A stretch of 38,686 nucleotides of DNA from Octopus sinensis. Its lineage: Eukaryota. A model generated the notes under the pieces. That model saw nothing but the letters and a program-made list of their open reading frames with translations. It was not told where the DNA came from and did no database searches. The position numbers and the translations under genes were made by a program. Positions 23,237-35,613 of the stretch are shown here, piece after piece. The stretch is from positions 1 to 38,686 of the forward strand of contig NW_021835803.1 of assembly GCF_006345805.1 (NCBI RefSeq), written 5' to 3'. Positions within the stretch are counted from its first letter, which is position 1; every line of letters begins with the position of its first letter.

Positions 23237-25214
23237 TTTATTCCATTGCTGACACACAACATCAAGCCAACTCACGCACATAAACATCACCGAGTTATGC
23301 TGACACTACATGAAGACACACATACCAACCTCATGATCTCACTGCGCCAAGAGCAAACCTACACAAGCCTACACATTCAAACCACATCTGTAATGTGGGG
23401 TGCCCGGTTTGCATGGCGATTCAGTATATTTTAGACATGAATAGTCCATTCTAGATAGTCTATTCTAGACTATCTAGAATATAACCAAAGAAAGAAAGAA
23501 AAATTCCGCCAAACAGCATCTACAAATAATCTAGTAAAGTACACTTTCTATGAGAAACAATATTGACAACAGCGAATTTAAAACCAGAAATAGCATTGTC
23601 TAAAACCGTGCACTATATTTGAAGAAACGTGTCACACACAAAATTTACGTTTGTAAAGATAATAGAAAAATATCTAAAAATTCAGCAGTTAACAATAATG
23701 CCATGAAAATTACATTCAAGTTCTGTGAAAATGAATGTCATCGCCTGCAACATTAATATAGCAATGATTCAGAAAATCCTCTTATTGGACAAAAACAAAA
23801 ACGCGCACAAACGAAACGAAACGAAACTCGATTTAAATAAGACAGACCCTTTCACGGCGGAGATAATCTTATATAACGCATAAAATCTTCCATTTATTAT
23901 ATAGGTGCCACAAAAGATATTTTCAAACCATTCGTAAATGCCACTATACAAGAAATGCAGTCTTTCCAAATGAAATCAAGAAGTAGGAAGCATGTTTTGT
24001 AGAAACGTCCTCACCAATCGTTTCGCATGAAAGCAATCGCCACCCTTGACGGCCACCCTTTAACATTTTCTCAAACACCATCATACACACAGCAATCAAC
24101 ATACCTGCTGTAACATTATTACAACTAAACTTTTGCGTATTTCTTGTGACTACGTATTGACTGGTTCGAACGCGACACGCACTGGTCGCTGTAGTGTGTC
24201 ATAGGAGGAGAGTAACTTCTCCCTTTTTCTGTGATAGAGTATTCGCCCTACTCAATTTTCTGGTGCCCGACATCCTACGACACCAGTATTTCGCCATGTT
24301 GTCTTTCGTCAGTCAAAGCTACACCGGACATCTGAGTCTATCCAAGCATCTGGCCTTTGTTATACATTCTGTCAAGAAAAATCTTTGCTGAGAGGTGCCT
24401 ATATCTGCTATACTATGATACACAATAGAGAGAGCAGCATATTTTGCGTCTGAACCTGCCTAGGCATATTAAGAATAAAGAGATGTTCATTTTATATGCC
24501 TCTTTGCGCGGTGCAAATAGCGATTTCATATCGATTAGCAGACATAAAAACCGATCAACAAATAATACTCTGCACCAGCCAATCGAGTGTGTTGAACACA
24601 GTATTGTGACAAAAGAGAAGTTGTTCTCCTTTGACGCAAACTACAACACCTTACATATTTTGCGTGTGAACGTGCCGAGACGTATTAAGACTAAATTTGC
24701 AAATATTCCTTCCATATGTCGCTGTATATCGGGCTAATAACCATTTTATAAGAGTTTTAGTTTGTAAACAACTCACACCAACACACTGATATGAAGCTGC
24801 ATAAAGCCCAACTGCAGTAAATTTTCCTTAAGCAACACTTGTTCCCTACAACAAGCTACAGTGAATATATCCTTAAATTTCCTAGAACTAAAACCCAAAT
24901 ACCATCACAGGTTACTCACACATCAATAAAAAAAATAGTAAGAACACTTTTAACAATTTCAAAACAAAAGGCGTGACGAAGTGTGTTAGAAAAAGAAATA
25001 GAATCTAACTTCGACTCTAATAGCTTACTAGCATTCAAGACCACCTCAGTCACTAATACATATTCTCTAATACTTGCATGCAACAAAATATTTCTGAATT
25101 CATTTACAAATATATCCCGTAATGAAACGAAGAATAGTACGACTCCAATTATGTCCAATTATGTGTCTAATAAGTAGAAGCAAAAAGAGACAATCTCGAA
25201 CGCAAGACGCCTGG

Positions 25215-25395
25215 ATATTGCGTAACCGATAGCACGCCGGGTAAAATGCCTAGCGGCGGCATTTCGTCGCTCTTTCCGTTTTGAGATCAAATTCCGCAGA
25301 GATTGACCTTTCAAGGTCGATAACATACGTACCAGTTGAGCACTGGGGTTGATGTAATCGACTTATCGCCTCCCTCCACCCCCACTGAATTACTG
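25215..25395 (+). mobile_element. Degraded SINE, same family as 12866-13100
   Basis: tagcacgccggg..aaatg, caaattccgc.gag, gtaccag..cactggggttgatgtaatcgactta. Confidence 0.75.
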
Positions 25396-25499
25396 GTATT
25401 TTGTCAAAATTTTAAACCAATATTGCAAACTCCAAGCCAAACAACAAGAAAATAACCAAAGCTAACCTCAATATATAGAAAACTGGAGATCATCTAGAT

Positions 25500-25794
25500 C
25501 AGTAGTTCCCAAACTTTTTCAGGCAGTCTCCCCCTTGGCACCCAGGCCACATTCCTAGTGCCCCCCTCATCCCCCCTCCACCACGACAAATATAGACAGA
25601 CCACTTTCTGCAGCAAATCCAAAAAAGCTGAATTTCATAAATAAAACTTAAGCCTAACTAACTTGTTAATTTTTCTTTTTCTATCTATCACCCCACTCTG
25701 ACCACCCCATTAACATCCCACTTTTCTTCAACGCACCCCTAGATCTTCCCACCGCCTCCCAATGGGGCAGTGCTGCCCATTTTGGGAACCACTG
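25500..25794. mobile_element. hAT (Charlie-type) MITE
   Basis: TIRs CAGTAGTTCCCAAA / TTTGGGAACCACTG. Left flank ATCTAGAT fits the NTCTAGAN target consensus; the right flank ATTGATAT does not give a clean TSD. Confidence 0.75.
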
Positions 25795-26114
25795 ATTGAT
25801 ATCAACATGAATTACACAGCAATGAGTGAAGACCATCAAAAGAGTAAAGCACTTTAGCGACAACAACGGTGACGCCATATCACCGATACAATAGCTTCAA
25901 ACAGGAGAGACTTCGACTGCAACATTGAGCAAACGTGTCTTGAATGGCACAACAATGCAGAGTGGACTATAATAACTGTTATAATTTAATTATCCATAAT
26001 CTTATATAAGAATAATATTTCAGAATATAAAAATTCCTTCTTCAGATATCGCTAGGAATTGATCGAGTCACTGCTATAATCGGTTTTCCAAATGTCAGTG
26101 TTTTTTTTTTTTCG

Positions 26115-26270
26115 GAAGCGTTTCTGCAGTTGTCTCACAAAGCTCCTTCCACACACACACACACCACACACACACGCCGCGCGCGCGTAGTAGAAGACAC
26201 CCAAGGTGCCGTGCAGTGGAACTGACTCTGAAACTATGTAGTTGGGAAGCATGCTTCTTACCACACAACC
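26115..26270 (-). mobile_element. SINE 5' half, inverted relative to 26306-26735, with a CA tract inserted
   Basis: Reverse complement is ggttgtgtggtaagaagcatgcttcccaac...ccactgcacggcaccttggg.tgtcttctacta. Confidence 0.75.
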
Positions 26271-26305
26271 GTTTTCTCCCTCATTCTTCAAACACTGATA
26301 CACAA

Positions 26306-26465
26306 CGCAGGAGTGGCTGTGTGGTAAGTAGCTTGCTTACCAACCACATGGTTCCGGTTCAGTCCCACTGCGTGGCACCTTGGGCAAGTGTCTTCTACTA
26401 TAGCCTCGGGCCGACCAAAGCCTTGTGAGTGGATTTGGTAGACGGAAACTGAAAGAAGCCCGTCG

Positions 26466-26510
<45 letters not shown>

Positions 26511-26735
26511 TCGTGTACGTTTGTGTGTCTGTGTTTGTCCCCCTAGCATTGCTTGACAACCGATGCTGGTGTGTTTATGTCCCCGTCACTTAGCGGTTCG
26601 GCAAAAGAGACCGATAGAATAAGTACTGGGCTTACAAAGAATAAGTCCCGGGGTCGAGTTGCTCGATTAAAGGCGGTGCTCCAGCAAGGCCGCAGTCAAA
26701 TGACTGAAACAAGTAAGTAAAAGAGTAAAAAGAGA
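26306..26735 (+). mobile_element. Near full-length tRNA-derived SINE with internal TA/GT microsatellite
   Basis: A-box-like gtggctgtgtggtaag and B-box-like ggttcagtcccact; body ttgggcaagtgtcttctactatagcc; tail ggcggtgctccagc..ggccgcagtcaaatgactgaaac plus (AAGAGT)-like repeats. Confidence 0.85.
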
Positions 26736-26864
26736 GTAACGAGTCCAACCCCACTTAAGTCAACCGAAACACAACTCCATAACACCAGACTCAAAGTAGC
26801 TCTACCAAGCATGTGTCTCAATTCTTCCCACCAACACAAAGGTCACCAAAAACAGCCAAATACA

Positions 26865-26896
<32 letters not shown>

Positions 26897-26899
<3 letters not shown>

Positions 26900-27085
26900 T
26901 TAGGGCAGCGGACTCGCGGTCGCAGGATCGCGGTTTCGATTCTCAGACCGGGCGTTGTGTGTGTTTATTGAGCGAAAACACCTAAAAGCTCTACGAGGCT
27001 CCGGCAGGGGGTGGTGATCCCTGCTGTACTCTTTCACCACAATGGCGGTGCCCCAGCATGGCCACAGCTCAAGAGCTGAAACTGG
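26897..27085 (+). mobile_element. tRNA-derived SINE with a LINE family B-like tail
   Basis: Head tggttagggcagcggactcgcggtc..ggtttcgattctc; tail atggcggtgccccagcatggccacagctcaagagctgaaact. Confidence 0.75.
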
Positions 27086-27742
27086 AAAAACAAACAAAAA
27101 CAAAACAAATATATATACTCACATCCTCTCAACGAATCGTTTCAAACAGGAAAATCATCAATGGAGAAGAATATTTAGGCCCCCTGTATTAATATTTTTC
27201 TAGCTTGAATCCGAGATATTTCTGTTTAATATATCTCGGAATTACAAAATGGCTCACTACCCATTTTGTGGAGGAAGATAATCATGTCAGTTTTCGTATA
27301 CAGTTAAAGACGCTAATCATAAACAATACAGTATGGTAAAATGAATTGCTTAGTCTCCAACGAAGCATCGACAGCTGTTGTTAACAGTTCATATAATTTA
27401 AATGACCTTCAGTAGCTACAACAGACTTTCTGGCCCCTTCTTGCAGAGAGGCATCACCGAACGATAACACAGCAGAGCGTGTTACTGAAACGTCTTACTA
27501 AAAGAAATTTTCGTTGTCCAACCCCGCGAGTATAACACAATGTTATTGAAAACGTGCGCGTATGAATGTGTGTAAGTACATGTTTGAAAGAATCAACACA
27601 TGTATGTGTTTGTTAATCAGAGTTGTATGTACAAGCATATAAGCAGCTATACAAGTGCACTTGTGTATGCAAACACACATATGTGTATGCAAAATGGATA
27701 TACATATGCATGCAAACAACTGTAAGCACATTTGTATACACG

Positions 27743-27774
<32 letters not shown>

Positions 27775-27786
<12 letters not shown>

Positions 27787-28205
27787 CATGTACTTATGTG
27801 TGGATATATGTATAAATTTCTTTGAAATTGTGTAAACAGATACGCACATATCCGCAAACACACAAACATATATACGCACATACACACACATATATATATG
27901 CCGATATATATACAATATATATATATATATATTTATATATGTTATATATATATTATATATATATATATATATATATTATATAATACTAAATATATATAAA
28001 TCTCTTGATTCACCGATATATATGTATGTATAAGTGTATATGTGTGTGTGTGTGTGTGCATGTACTTATGTGTGGATATATGTATAAATTTCTTTGAAAT
28101 TATGAAAGAAATACGAACATATCGGCAAACACACAAACATATATACGCGCATACACACACATATATATGCCAATATATATAGATATACATATATATATAT
28201 TTATA

Positions 28206-28257
<52 letters not shown>

Positions 28258-28338
28258 AATATATATTCATAGATACACTAATATATATATATATATAAAT
28301 CTCTTGATTCACCAATATATATGTATGTATAAGTGCAT

Positions 28339-28345
<7 letters not shown>
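27775..28345. repeat. Tandem duplication of a 270-300 bp microsatellite-containing unit
   Basis: gcatgtacttatgtgtggatatatgtataaatttctttgaaatt at 27786 and 28058; aaatctcttgattcacc at 27998 and 28297. Confidence 0.85.
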
Positions 28346-28407
<62 letters not shown>

Positions 28408-29609
28408 TGTGTGTGTGGAGAGAGAGGGGTGCATATAGGTATATATACATATTTTGTGAAGTAACAATATCGACCTGACCAGAAGTGGCGAGGCCAAGCT
28501 TAGTCGACAATTTTCATATTAATAGTTTTCAACGAAAACAATGTTGATATGAACAAACTAACAGCAAAGCAATTTAGACTGCATGATTGCCTAAGACTAC
28601 GTATGCTAAATTCTATCGAAAAACCAATAAGCTACTCTCACACACAAGTGCGAACACATACACGGATACTTAACGCATGGCGCACGCTTTCGTACAACTT
28701 CTATACATTTAGTCGCGTGCACAAATGTGTGTAAATGCGATCGTTTGAATGTTTTGCCGGTATATATATTATGTATAGAGAGACAAAGAAATGGGGGAAT
28801 TATCATTTGAGAGTTTGATAAATTATTTACATCATTTTTTTCTCCCCATTGTGCATTTCGTTGTGCCAAGGTTGATTCTATCATTCTGACAGACAAGTAA
28901 ATAACTTATTAAACTATGTGAACGCTGTTTCTGTATTGCCAATCATATTTGTTCCTTAGCAGGAATTACATTGGCGGATGTTGTCTGACCATCAAGAAAC
29001 TATATCACCAGAAGCCCACTGTTTGTGTTAGACAGAGAAAAGAAGCTTTTATTTTGTTTGTATGCTGTGTTTTTTTTTTTTTTTTTTTTCTGTTTCTCGT
29101 TGTATGTGTGTGTGTTTTCTTTTTTCTTTCTATTTCCAAGTTGAATACCTGTCTAAGAATTTCTAAAACAAGTATTTTTTAAAATCCGATCCTTATTCGA
29201 AATGATTTGAGATGGTTCTCAGAACCTAGCGACGCTTTTACCTGCAACTGTTCTTGTAATGCTATCGTATTGCCCATTCACAAGTCTGCTGGTTGTTTAG
29301 CAACAGGAAGGTAGCATTGGGTGAAATTTCACTGAACCAACATCTTACCAACCCGAAGTATCCCTCTTGCGCTGAGATCTGTCACTCTAATATATCAAAT
29401 GATAACACTTGTCCTATCATTAAATACGTTTAGCTGTAACACCTCGCACCAAACGAATTCATGGTATGTCTTTAAACGTAATGGAAGTCATGATGAGACA
29501 CCGAGTAAACTTCTATATGGTCGCTCGTTCTATAAAAACATTAGCTACAATCACCTTGAAAATACATATTGGTGTTTTAAATTAAGTAATGAGATACTCG
29601 ATATATATA

Positions 29610-29670
29610 CAGGGTGTTCAAAACGTTTCACCGCAGTGTGAAATTTTTTCTTCCTGCGCATGCGCAACTT
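29610..29670 (+). mobile_element. Solo Tc1/mariner-type terminus
   Basis: TA followed by CAGGGTGTTCAAAA inside a TA run; I found no partner TIR in the window. Confidence 0.4.
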
Positions 29671-30132
29671 GACTATCACTGCTAGTTTTCCTAATGCAAA
29701 ATCTGTTTGCCAAATAGTAGTAAACAGCCTATGTAGCACTACAACCATCTCTCTACTTAAATTTCTTTATATAGAACTTTGACATCTATTTCACCCCTAT
29801 TTATATAAATAGAAAATCTTTCTTGTCTCCTTTCAATTGATCATTCTTCACAAACCTTCTAGAAGTTCAAAACAACTGAATATTCTGAATAATTTTCAGT
29901 CAGTTGATAAATTATACTACCTTAATGTTCTTAAAATTTAAATCGACATCTTTGTCTATATATCTACCTTCTCTATAATGTTATCTATTGATATGATAAT
30001 TATATATTAATGGCTGATGATTGCTCAACATTTTAAAACTGTTGTAATACTTACAACATTTAATAAAATGATGTAGCGTGAAACGATCGTACCAAATTAC
30101 CGAAGTTATCCTTGTTGCTTATTTTGATTATG

Positions 30133-30180
<48 letters not shown>

Positions 30181-30217
30181 TACACACACTCAGAGTTGCA
30201 CGTACAAGTAGACATAG

Positions 30218-30276
<59 letters not shown>

Positions 30277-32169
30277 TAAATATATACATATGCACACACA
30301 CTGATCTGCACACATGCGCACAAACAAACAAAAGAAACGGAGTGTGAGTAACGGACAGAGTCAAAACTATTGAAAAGGTTGCAAGACGTAGCGAAAATTT
30401 GAGAAAAATTAAAAAAGAAAGAAGTGGAAATTTTACCGGTGAGTCTGTTAATACCAAAAGAGAATGACTCTCCCCAGACGCAACAGAATATACATACATA
30501 CATGTGTGTGTGTGTGTGTTGTGTGTGTGTGTGTGTGTGTGAGTTAGCTTCTGAAAGGATCTCACTTCACGCTGAATTAAGAAGCGCACCTAAATTTGCA
30601 GCGCTCCTACTAATTACAGTCGTGTGTTGTAGCTTTTTGTAATATCAATATACAGCTTCATGGCTTCAGTACTTAAACTTAGTGATTTATGGAGAGACAA
30701 TGCTAGAATATGACACTCCAAACTCAACTTTCAACAGTATGCTGAATTCCGGAAAACTAACATGTCTGAATGAGTTTCTCTTTATTTACCATCGAAACTT
30801 TTAATATTAAATAATCAATAGATGCTGTACAAACAAAAATAGTTTATGTTGAAGCAAAAAAGCGTAAGAATAAACCTGAAGTGACGAAAAAAGTTTTATG
30901 ACATGGAACAAATGAAACAACTCAGATGACACGAGATAATCCACAAGTAACTTAAAGAGAAATGGATCATATATAATCTGAAAGTACGAAGAATACTTAA
31001 AAACGTATCAGACAGAAATATTACCAATTTGAAAACAAAAGAATATTCGCTTTAAAAAGAAGCTTTGGAAAATGTAGTGTTAGTGGAAATGGTTTGTTTA
31101 GACTACATGATACGAAAATATTATCCAAATTCCAATATATAAATTCGTAGTAAAACGAACTTGATAGGAAGTCAACTTTGGAAATCTATGTTAGCGAAAG
31201 GCTGTAAATGTGATAGAATTATAAGTAGTTTTGTTTTGTTAGCAAGATATAATGCGACAGATTCTATCACTCTATAGCATTATTGCGTATCAGAAAGAAT
31301 ACTGAACATCCACAATTTATAAATATATATACAAAAAGATATAGGCTTCTCTTTTTTTCCAACATGGTATACACTGTGGTCATCCACGTTTGCAGCATTC
31401 CAAGTGACTAGAGAGTTTATAATAGCATGAATTCAGTACGAACTATCTATTTGTTTGTCTTGGGAGGGTCACTACGCCAATAATAATAACACACGCACTG
31501 GTCCAATATCACTTCTTGGTTAAATACCTGATTGGTTAAATGTCAGACCAAATAAGTAATCGATCGTTTATTTAATGCGCTGGTTAAGCAATCAATCGGT
31601 AGTTTGCTTGTCGAAGACCTTTCTCACAATTCTGGATCTCATCAATGGCATGCCAAGATTTGTTTAAACACACGAATTCACATCAAGAACCTTGCAAACA
31701 AATACAAATACTTAGCATGAACTGTTATGATTCGTATTCTAAATGCAATTGGCAAGTATTACTCAGAAGGATATCCTATGAAGTGCTTAATCTTTTACAC
31801 CCAGTCAACATTGGTGTATTGTTTATAAACCCAAATGAGGACAGCTATACATATATAAAAGGTTTTATGGCATTTCAGACTAAACAGCGAAGGATTTCAA
31901 AAATTTTTAAGAGTCCAGTCCACTTGTTGCTTACTGAAACTGGAGTACTGGTACGAAGTTACTCAAGGTGCAATGAATAAAGTCCCTAAAGTGGAAAGTA
32001 GGTTGGTTGTATCCAGTAAGTGTGGTGGCGGCAGAGAGGAAACCTCGAGAATAGCAGTTTGAAGGTGGTGGGCAGGGAAAGGGTCGAGGGGAACAGGATG
32101 TGGGGATGAAGGAACTATAGACAAGAATTCTGCGAAGGTTGCAGCTACGCTTAATAAAATGCATGGATA

Positions 32170-32395
32170 GAAGAAGAAGAAGAAGAAGAAGAAGAAGAAG
32201 AAGAAGAAGAAGAAGAAGAAGAAGAAGAAGAAGAAGAAGAAGAAGAAAAAAGAATAAGAAAAGAAGAAGAAGAAGTGGAAGAAGAAAAAGAAGAGAAAGA
32301 AGAGGAGGAAAGGAGGAGAGGAGGAGAAGAAGAAGAAGAAGAAGAAGAAGAAGAAGAAGAAGAGAAGAAGAAGAAGAAGACGAAGAAGAAGAGGG
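32170..32395. repeat. (GAA)n/(GAG)n tract inserted in the Penelope-like ORF
   Basis: Visible; produces the poly-R, poly-F and poly-L ORFs. Confidence 0.95.
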
Positions 32396-33136
32396 AGGGA
32401 GGGTGACACTGTATGGGATTCTGGAAGCATGGTACAATGGAGAGATGCGATCAATTGTCGGACACGCATGAGGGCAGATTGGATAAGAGGGAGGGAAAAC
32501 CACGTCAAATGAACAGAAAGATCGTATATTCATCCTGATTCTAGAAGTAGAAGTTGGTGCTGCACAAGCTCTGGTGACGGAGGAACTGAATATAGAAGGC
32601 AAAGTATGGAAGTCGAAGTCGAGGTACCAGTGGGGGCCGGTGGGTTTGTAGAAGATGGAGGTAGACGTGATGAGGGTAGAGTAATGAAGGGGGGAATGAT
32701 AGATGGAGATTGTAAAGTGGGGAAATTAGTAACAAGGGTTGATGAAGATGAAAGGGATTTGTTACGGGTAGGAGAATTGGTACCGAAACAGTTGTCAATA
32801 TAATGTAACGGCAGCTGTATATCTCTGATGTGCCATCAGCTTACTGGGAGAAGATTTGAGCTTCAGCGTGGCCGACAAATTGGATCACATAACCTAGGGA
32901 CCTGCTCGTATGCTTATCTCGCCAAAGAAAAATAATGAAGAGTAAACACGAGCTGGGTTTGACGAAGAAGAACATAGAGTGGCACGAAGATAGAGTTAGG
33001 AAGAAATGTGTTCAGTGGGGCAGTTACAGACAGCATCGATAGAGTGACTAGGGTTTTCGGTGGCTTTTGGGGACGAAGCCTATAGAGGGTGTGTGGACGA
33101 TGGGGTGTGAGACAGTAGAAGAGGAAGAGGGGGATG

Positions 33137-33230
33137 AGTTGGCAGACGACAGGAGGGGATGAAGAGGAGGAGGAGCCGGCAGACGACAGGAGAGGAAGAA
33201 GAGGAGGAGTTGGCAGACGACAGGAGAGGA
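33137..33230. repeat. Three copies of a 34-37 bp unit (GGCAGACGACAGGAG.GG..GAAGAGGAGGAG)
   Basis: ggcagacgacagg begins at 33141, 33178 and 33212. Confidence 0.85.
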
Positions 33231-33679
33231 GGTTCCTGTGATGTCAAGGTCGGCCTACCATACTTCTATGACGATATCGTCACAGCATAAAATGGAGCGG
33301 AGAGTGAAGTCTGTCTGGGACGATGCTGGAGCATGGAGAACGTTCTGCTGCATCGGTCAACGGTAAATTGATCTTCAACACTGAACTGGTTGCGACCCGG
33401 AGTCCAGTGCGATGGTCAGCCCAGCTTCGTGAAGCATTCAACGTATTCGGTGCACGAGGCGTGCCACAAAAAATTGATGCATAGTTTTATGTGACGCATA
33501 AGTATACCTAAGCGTATACCAATAGCAATGAAATTATATAAAAATGTGAAAATTAAAATTCGAAAGCGTTTCGGGAGCAACACCTTAAACGTGGATTTGT
33601 ATTCGGAGTGACATCTTTGTTCACCTTATATGGCAAAGGATTCATAAAACGTAAGGGGTCTGTGCTATTTTTACCCAGA

Positions 33680-35220
33680 GCATTGTTCTAAAATGTGAAT
33701 GTTGTGGAGGAAGAGATTCGAAGTGATTTTTAACGTAGTAATATTTGCTGTGCATGACCTGCACTTCAAGAGTTACGTTGTCAAGAAGCCGTATCAGTCC
33801 TTTAGAGTTTTGTGACTCAGGCAATTTCACCCTAATGAGTGCATTTGTAATAATGAAGTAGAAAGTAATGAATGATACAGAATTATTTTCACAGCACACG
33901 CTTTGAGAGTAGTTGTACGTCTCAAAGGTTGAAATCCTTTGTAAATTGAATGTGGAGAGAAGAATAGCTCAGCTCGTCACATTGAAACACGAGAATCTGA
34001 AAGAACGGATGAAGACGCAGCTGGAAGCGTTGCCTCCAAAATCCAGTCAATGTCAGGTATTTTTGTTTTGCTTTTTGTGGGTTTTATTTTTCGTTTTTCT
34101 TTTCGGTTGCAAAGACATACAAAGTAAAACACGTTGAAAAGGTAATTTCGTATTGGAAGAGATATTACAGTAAGAAATAAAAGCAATTTTGAGGATTTGA
34201 AATGTGGAAAAGCTGATAAAACCCATGGAAAGAAATTGTGCTCGACATGATAAAAGTAGAGTACAGCAAGCAGCGAATTTTTTGTTAAGTGGAAGAAATT
34301 GTTCAACGTATATGATGGGGAATAAAAAAAAATTAATGATTGATGGTGAGGAAATTGATTTTCCGAAATTGATTCGAAAAGATATTAATAGCAACTTACG
34401 CCGTCGATATATAGAATGCTTTCCAAACGAAAAATGATCGAATAGAAAATTTATCCATTCACCAAAATAACGACAGCTATAACATGGTTGGATCAGAAAG
34501 CCAAAGACATGGTAGATTATGTATGTGGTGTTCTGCTGTAAAACAACTTTGATATGATTCAACGAAGTGCTGCAGCTGGTGATCATAACACTGGATCATT
34601 ATTACCTCTAATATCTGCTTTAGAAACACTTTTAAAAAGCTCGTACGATAAACGTGCTTCGAAATGTAGAATTATTGATCCAAATTATGCGCTTTCGCCT
34701 CATGATGGATCGTCATCTATTCCTTGTCATGCATTCCTGCAGGAATACATTTGACATGCAGTTGAGTCAGTTCCTCAAATTAATCACTATCTTGCGCTCA
34801 AAATCAGAGTTACCTACCAAAGAGAAGCCATTGGTGGAATATTGGATCGAGTGGGGTCCGATCAAACCCACAGAGGGACTCAAAAGAAAGTTTGAATCAA
34901 TGTATTAAAATGATAAAAAATAATATGAATTTTTTTATTGGAAGGTTGGTTAATATTGCTGCGAAGCTATAATTTATTCAAAATACACACAGTAAGGAGA
35001 AATAGTAGAAACTCAAAGAATTTCAATTATTAGAATCTTTGAATGGATCATATAGCAAGTGGTTTCGTTATGTGATCAGTATAGAAATTAGGGTGACTAG
35101 GGAGCACACAGAAATGGGAAGTTGTTTAGTCTTATTTCGAAACTGAAAGAAATTTAATCCCGTGATGAAGACATTCCTCAGACACAATCAGATAACGCTC
35201 AGTGGCACACCACCGCAGCC
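33680..35220 (+). pseudogene. Decayed ORF, probably a DNA-transposon (DDE/DDD-type) transposase relic
   Basis: Long protein-like runs with few stops across frameshifts: KLMIDGEEIDFPKLIRKDINSNLRRRY, VDYVCGVLL*NNFDMIQR..LETLLKSSY..DPNYALS, and QSDNA at 35185-35199; a Cys-rich stretch lies upstream. Family assignment rests on recall only. Confidence 0.45.
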
Positions 35221-35339
35221 TTTGATTTACGTTATATGTGTTGTGTTATGTAAACCAAATAAAAGGTGCATGGAGTGGACGTCTTAAGAGAACAGCCATT
35301 GAAACTCAATATGGAAATGACTAAATTCATTATTGTTCA

Positions 35340-35434
35340 TCATTTTAATATATACATTCATATATATGTATATAAATACGCATATATATATTATATATAT
35401 ATATATAGAGAGAGAGACGGAGAGAGAAAGATAG

Positions 35435-35465
<31 letters not shown>

Positions 35466-35573
35466 GATGTATATATAATGTATATATATGTATATATATA
35501 TGTATATATATATATATGTATTATATATATATATATATGTATATATATTATATATAATATATATTATATAATA

Positions 35574-35611
<38 letters not shown>
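35340..35611. repeat. (TA)n microsatellite field
   Basis: Visible. Confidence 0.95.

Positions 35612-35613
<2 letters not shown>

Larger units (their letters stand above)
31945..33400 (-). pseudogene. Degraded Penelope-like element RT with the start of the GIY-YIG linker
   Basis: Minus-strand remnants LPLTDAAERS, AVCNCPTEHISS, RAGP..FVGHAEAQIFSQ, HYIDNCFG (YIDD motif), STSIFYKPTGPHWYLDF, QFLRHQSLCS, NLRRILVYSSF and FIHCTLSN, in PLE order. Confidence 0.75.

Noticed and set aside
24155-24195. GGTTCGAAC B-box-like motif
   Set aside because: No A-box or cloverleaf; not a tRNA.
30650-31980. Protein-like fragments (L*HGT resembling the PARP motif; 111-aa ORF at 31645)
   Set aside because: No further PARP motifs in register and many stops; cannot assign. 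The 3' end of the ORF overlaps the antisense PLE relic.
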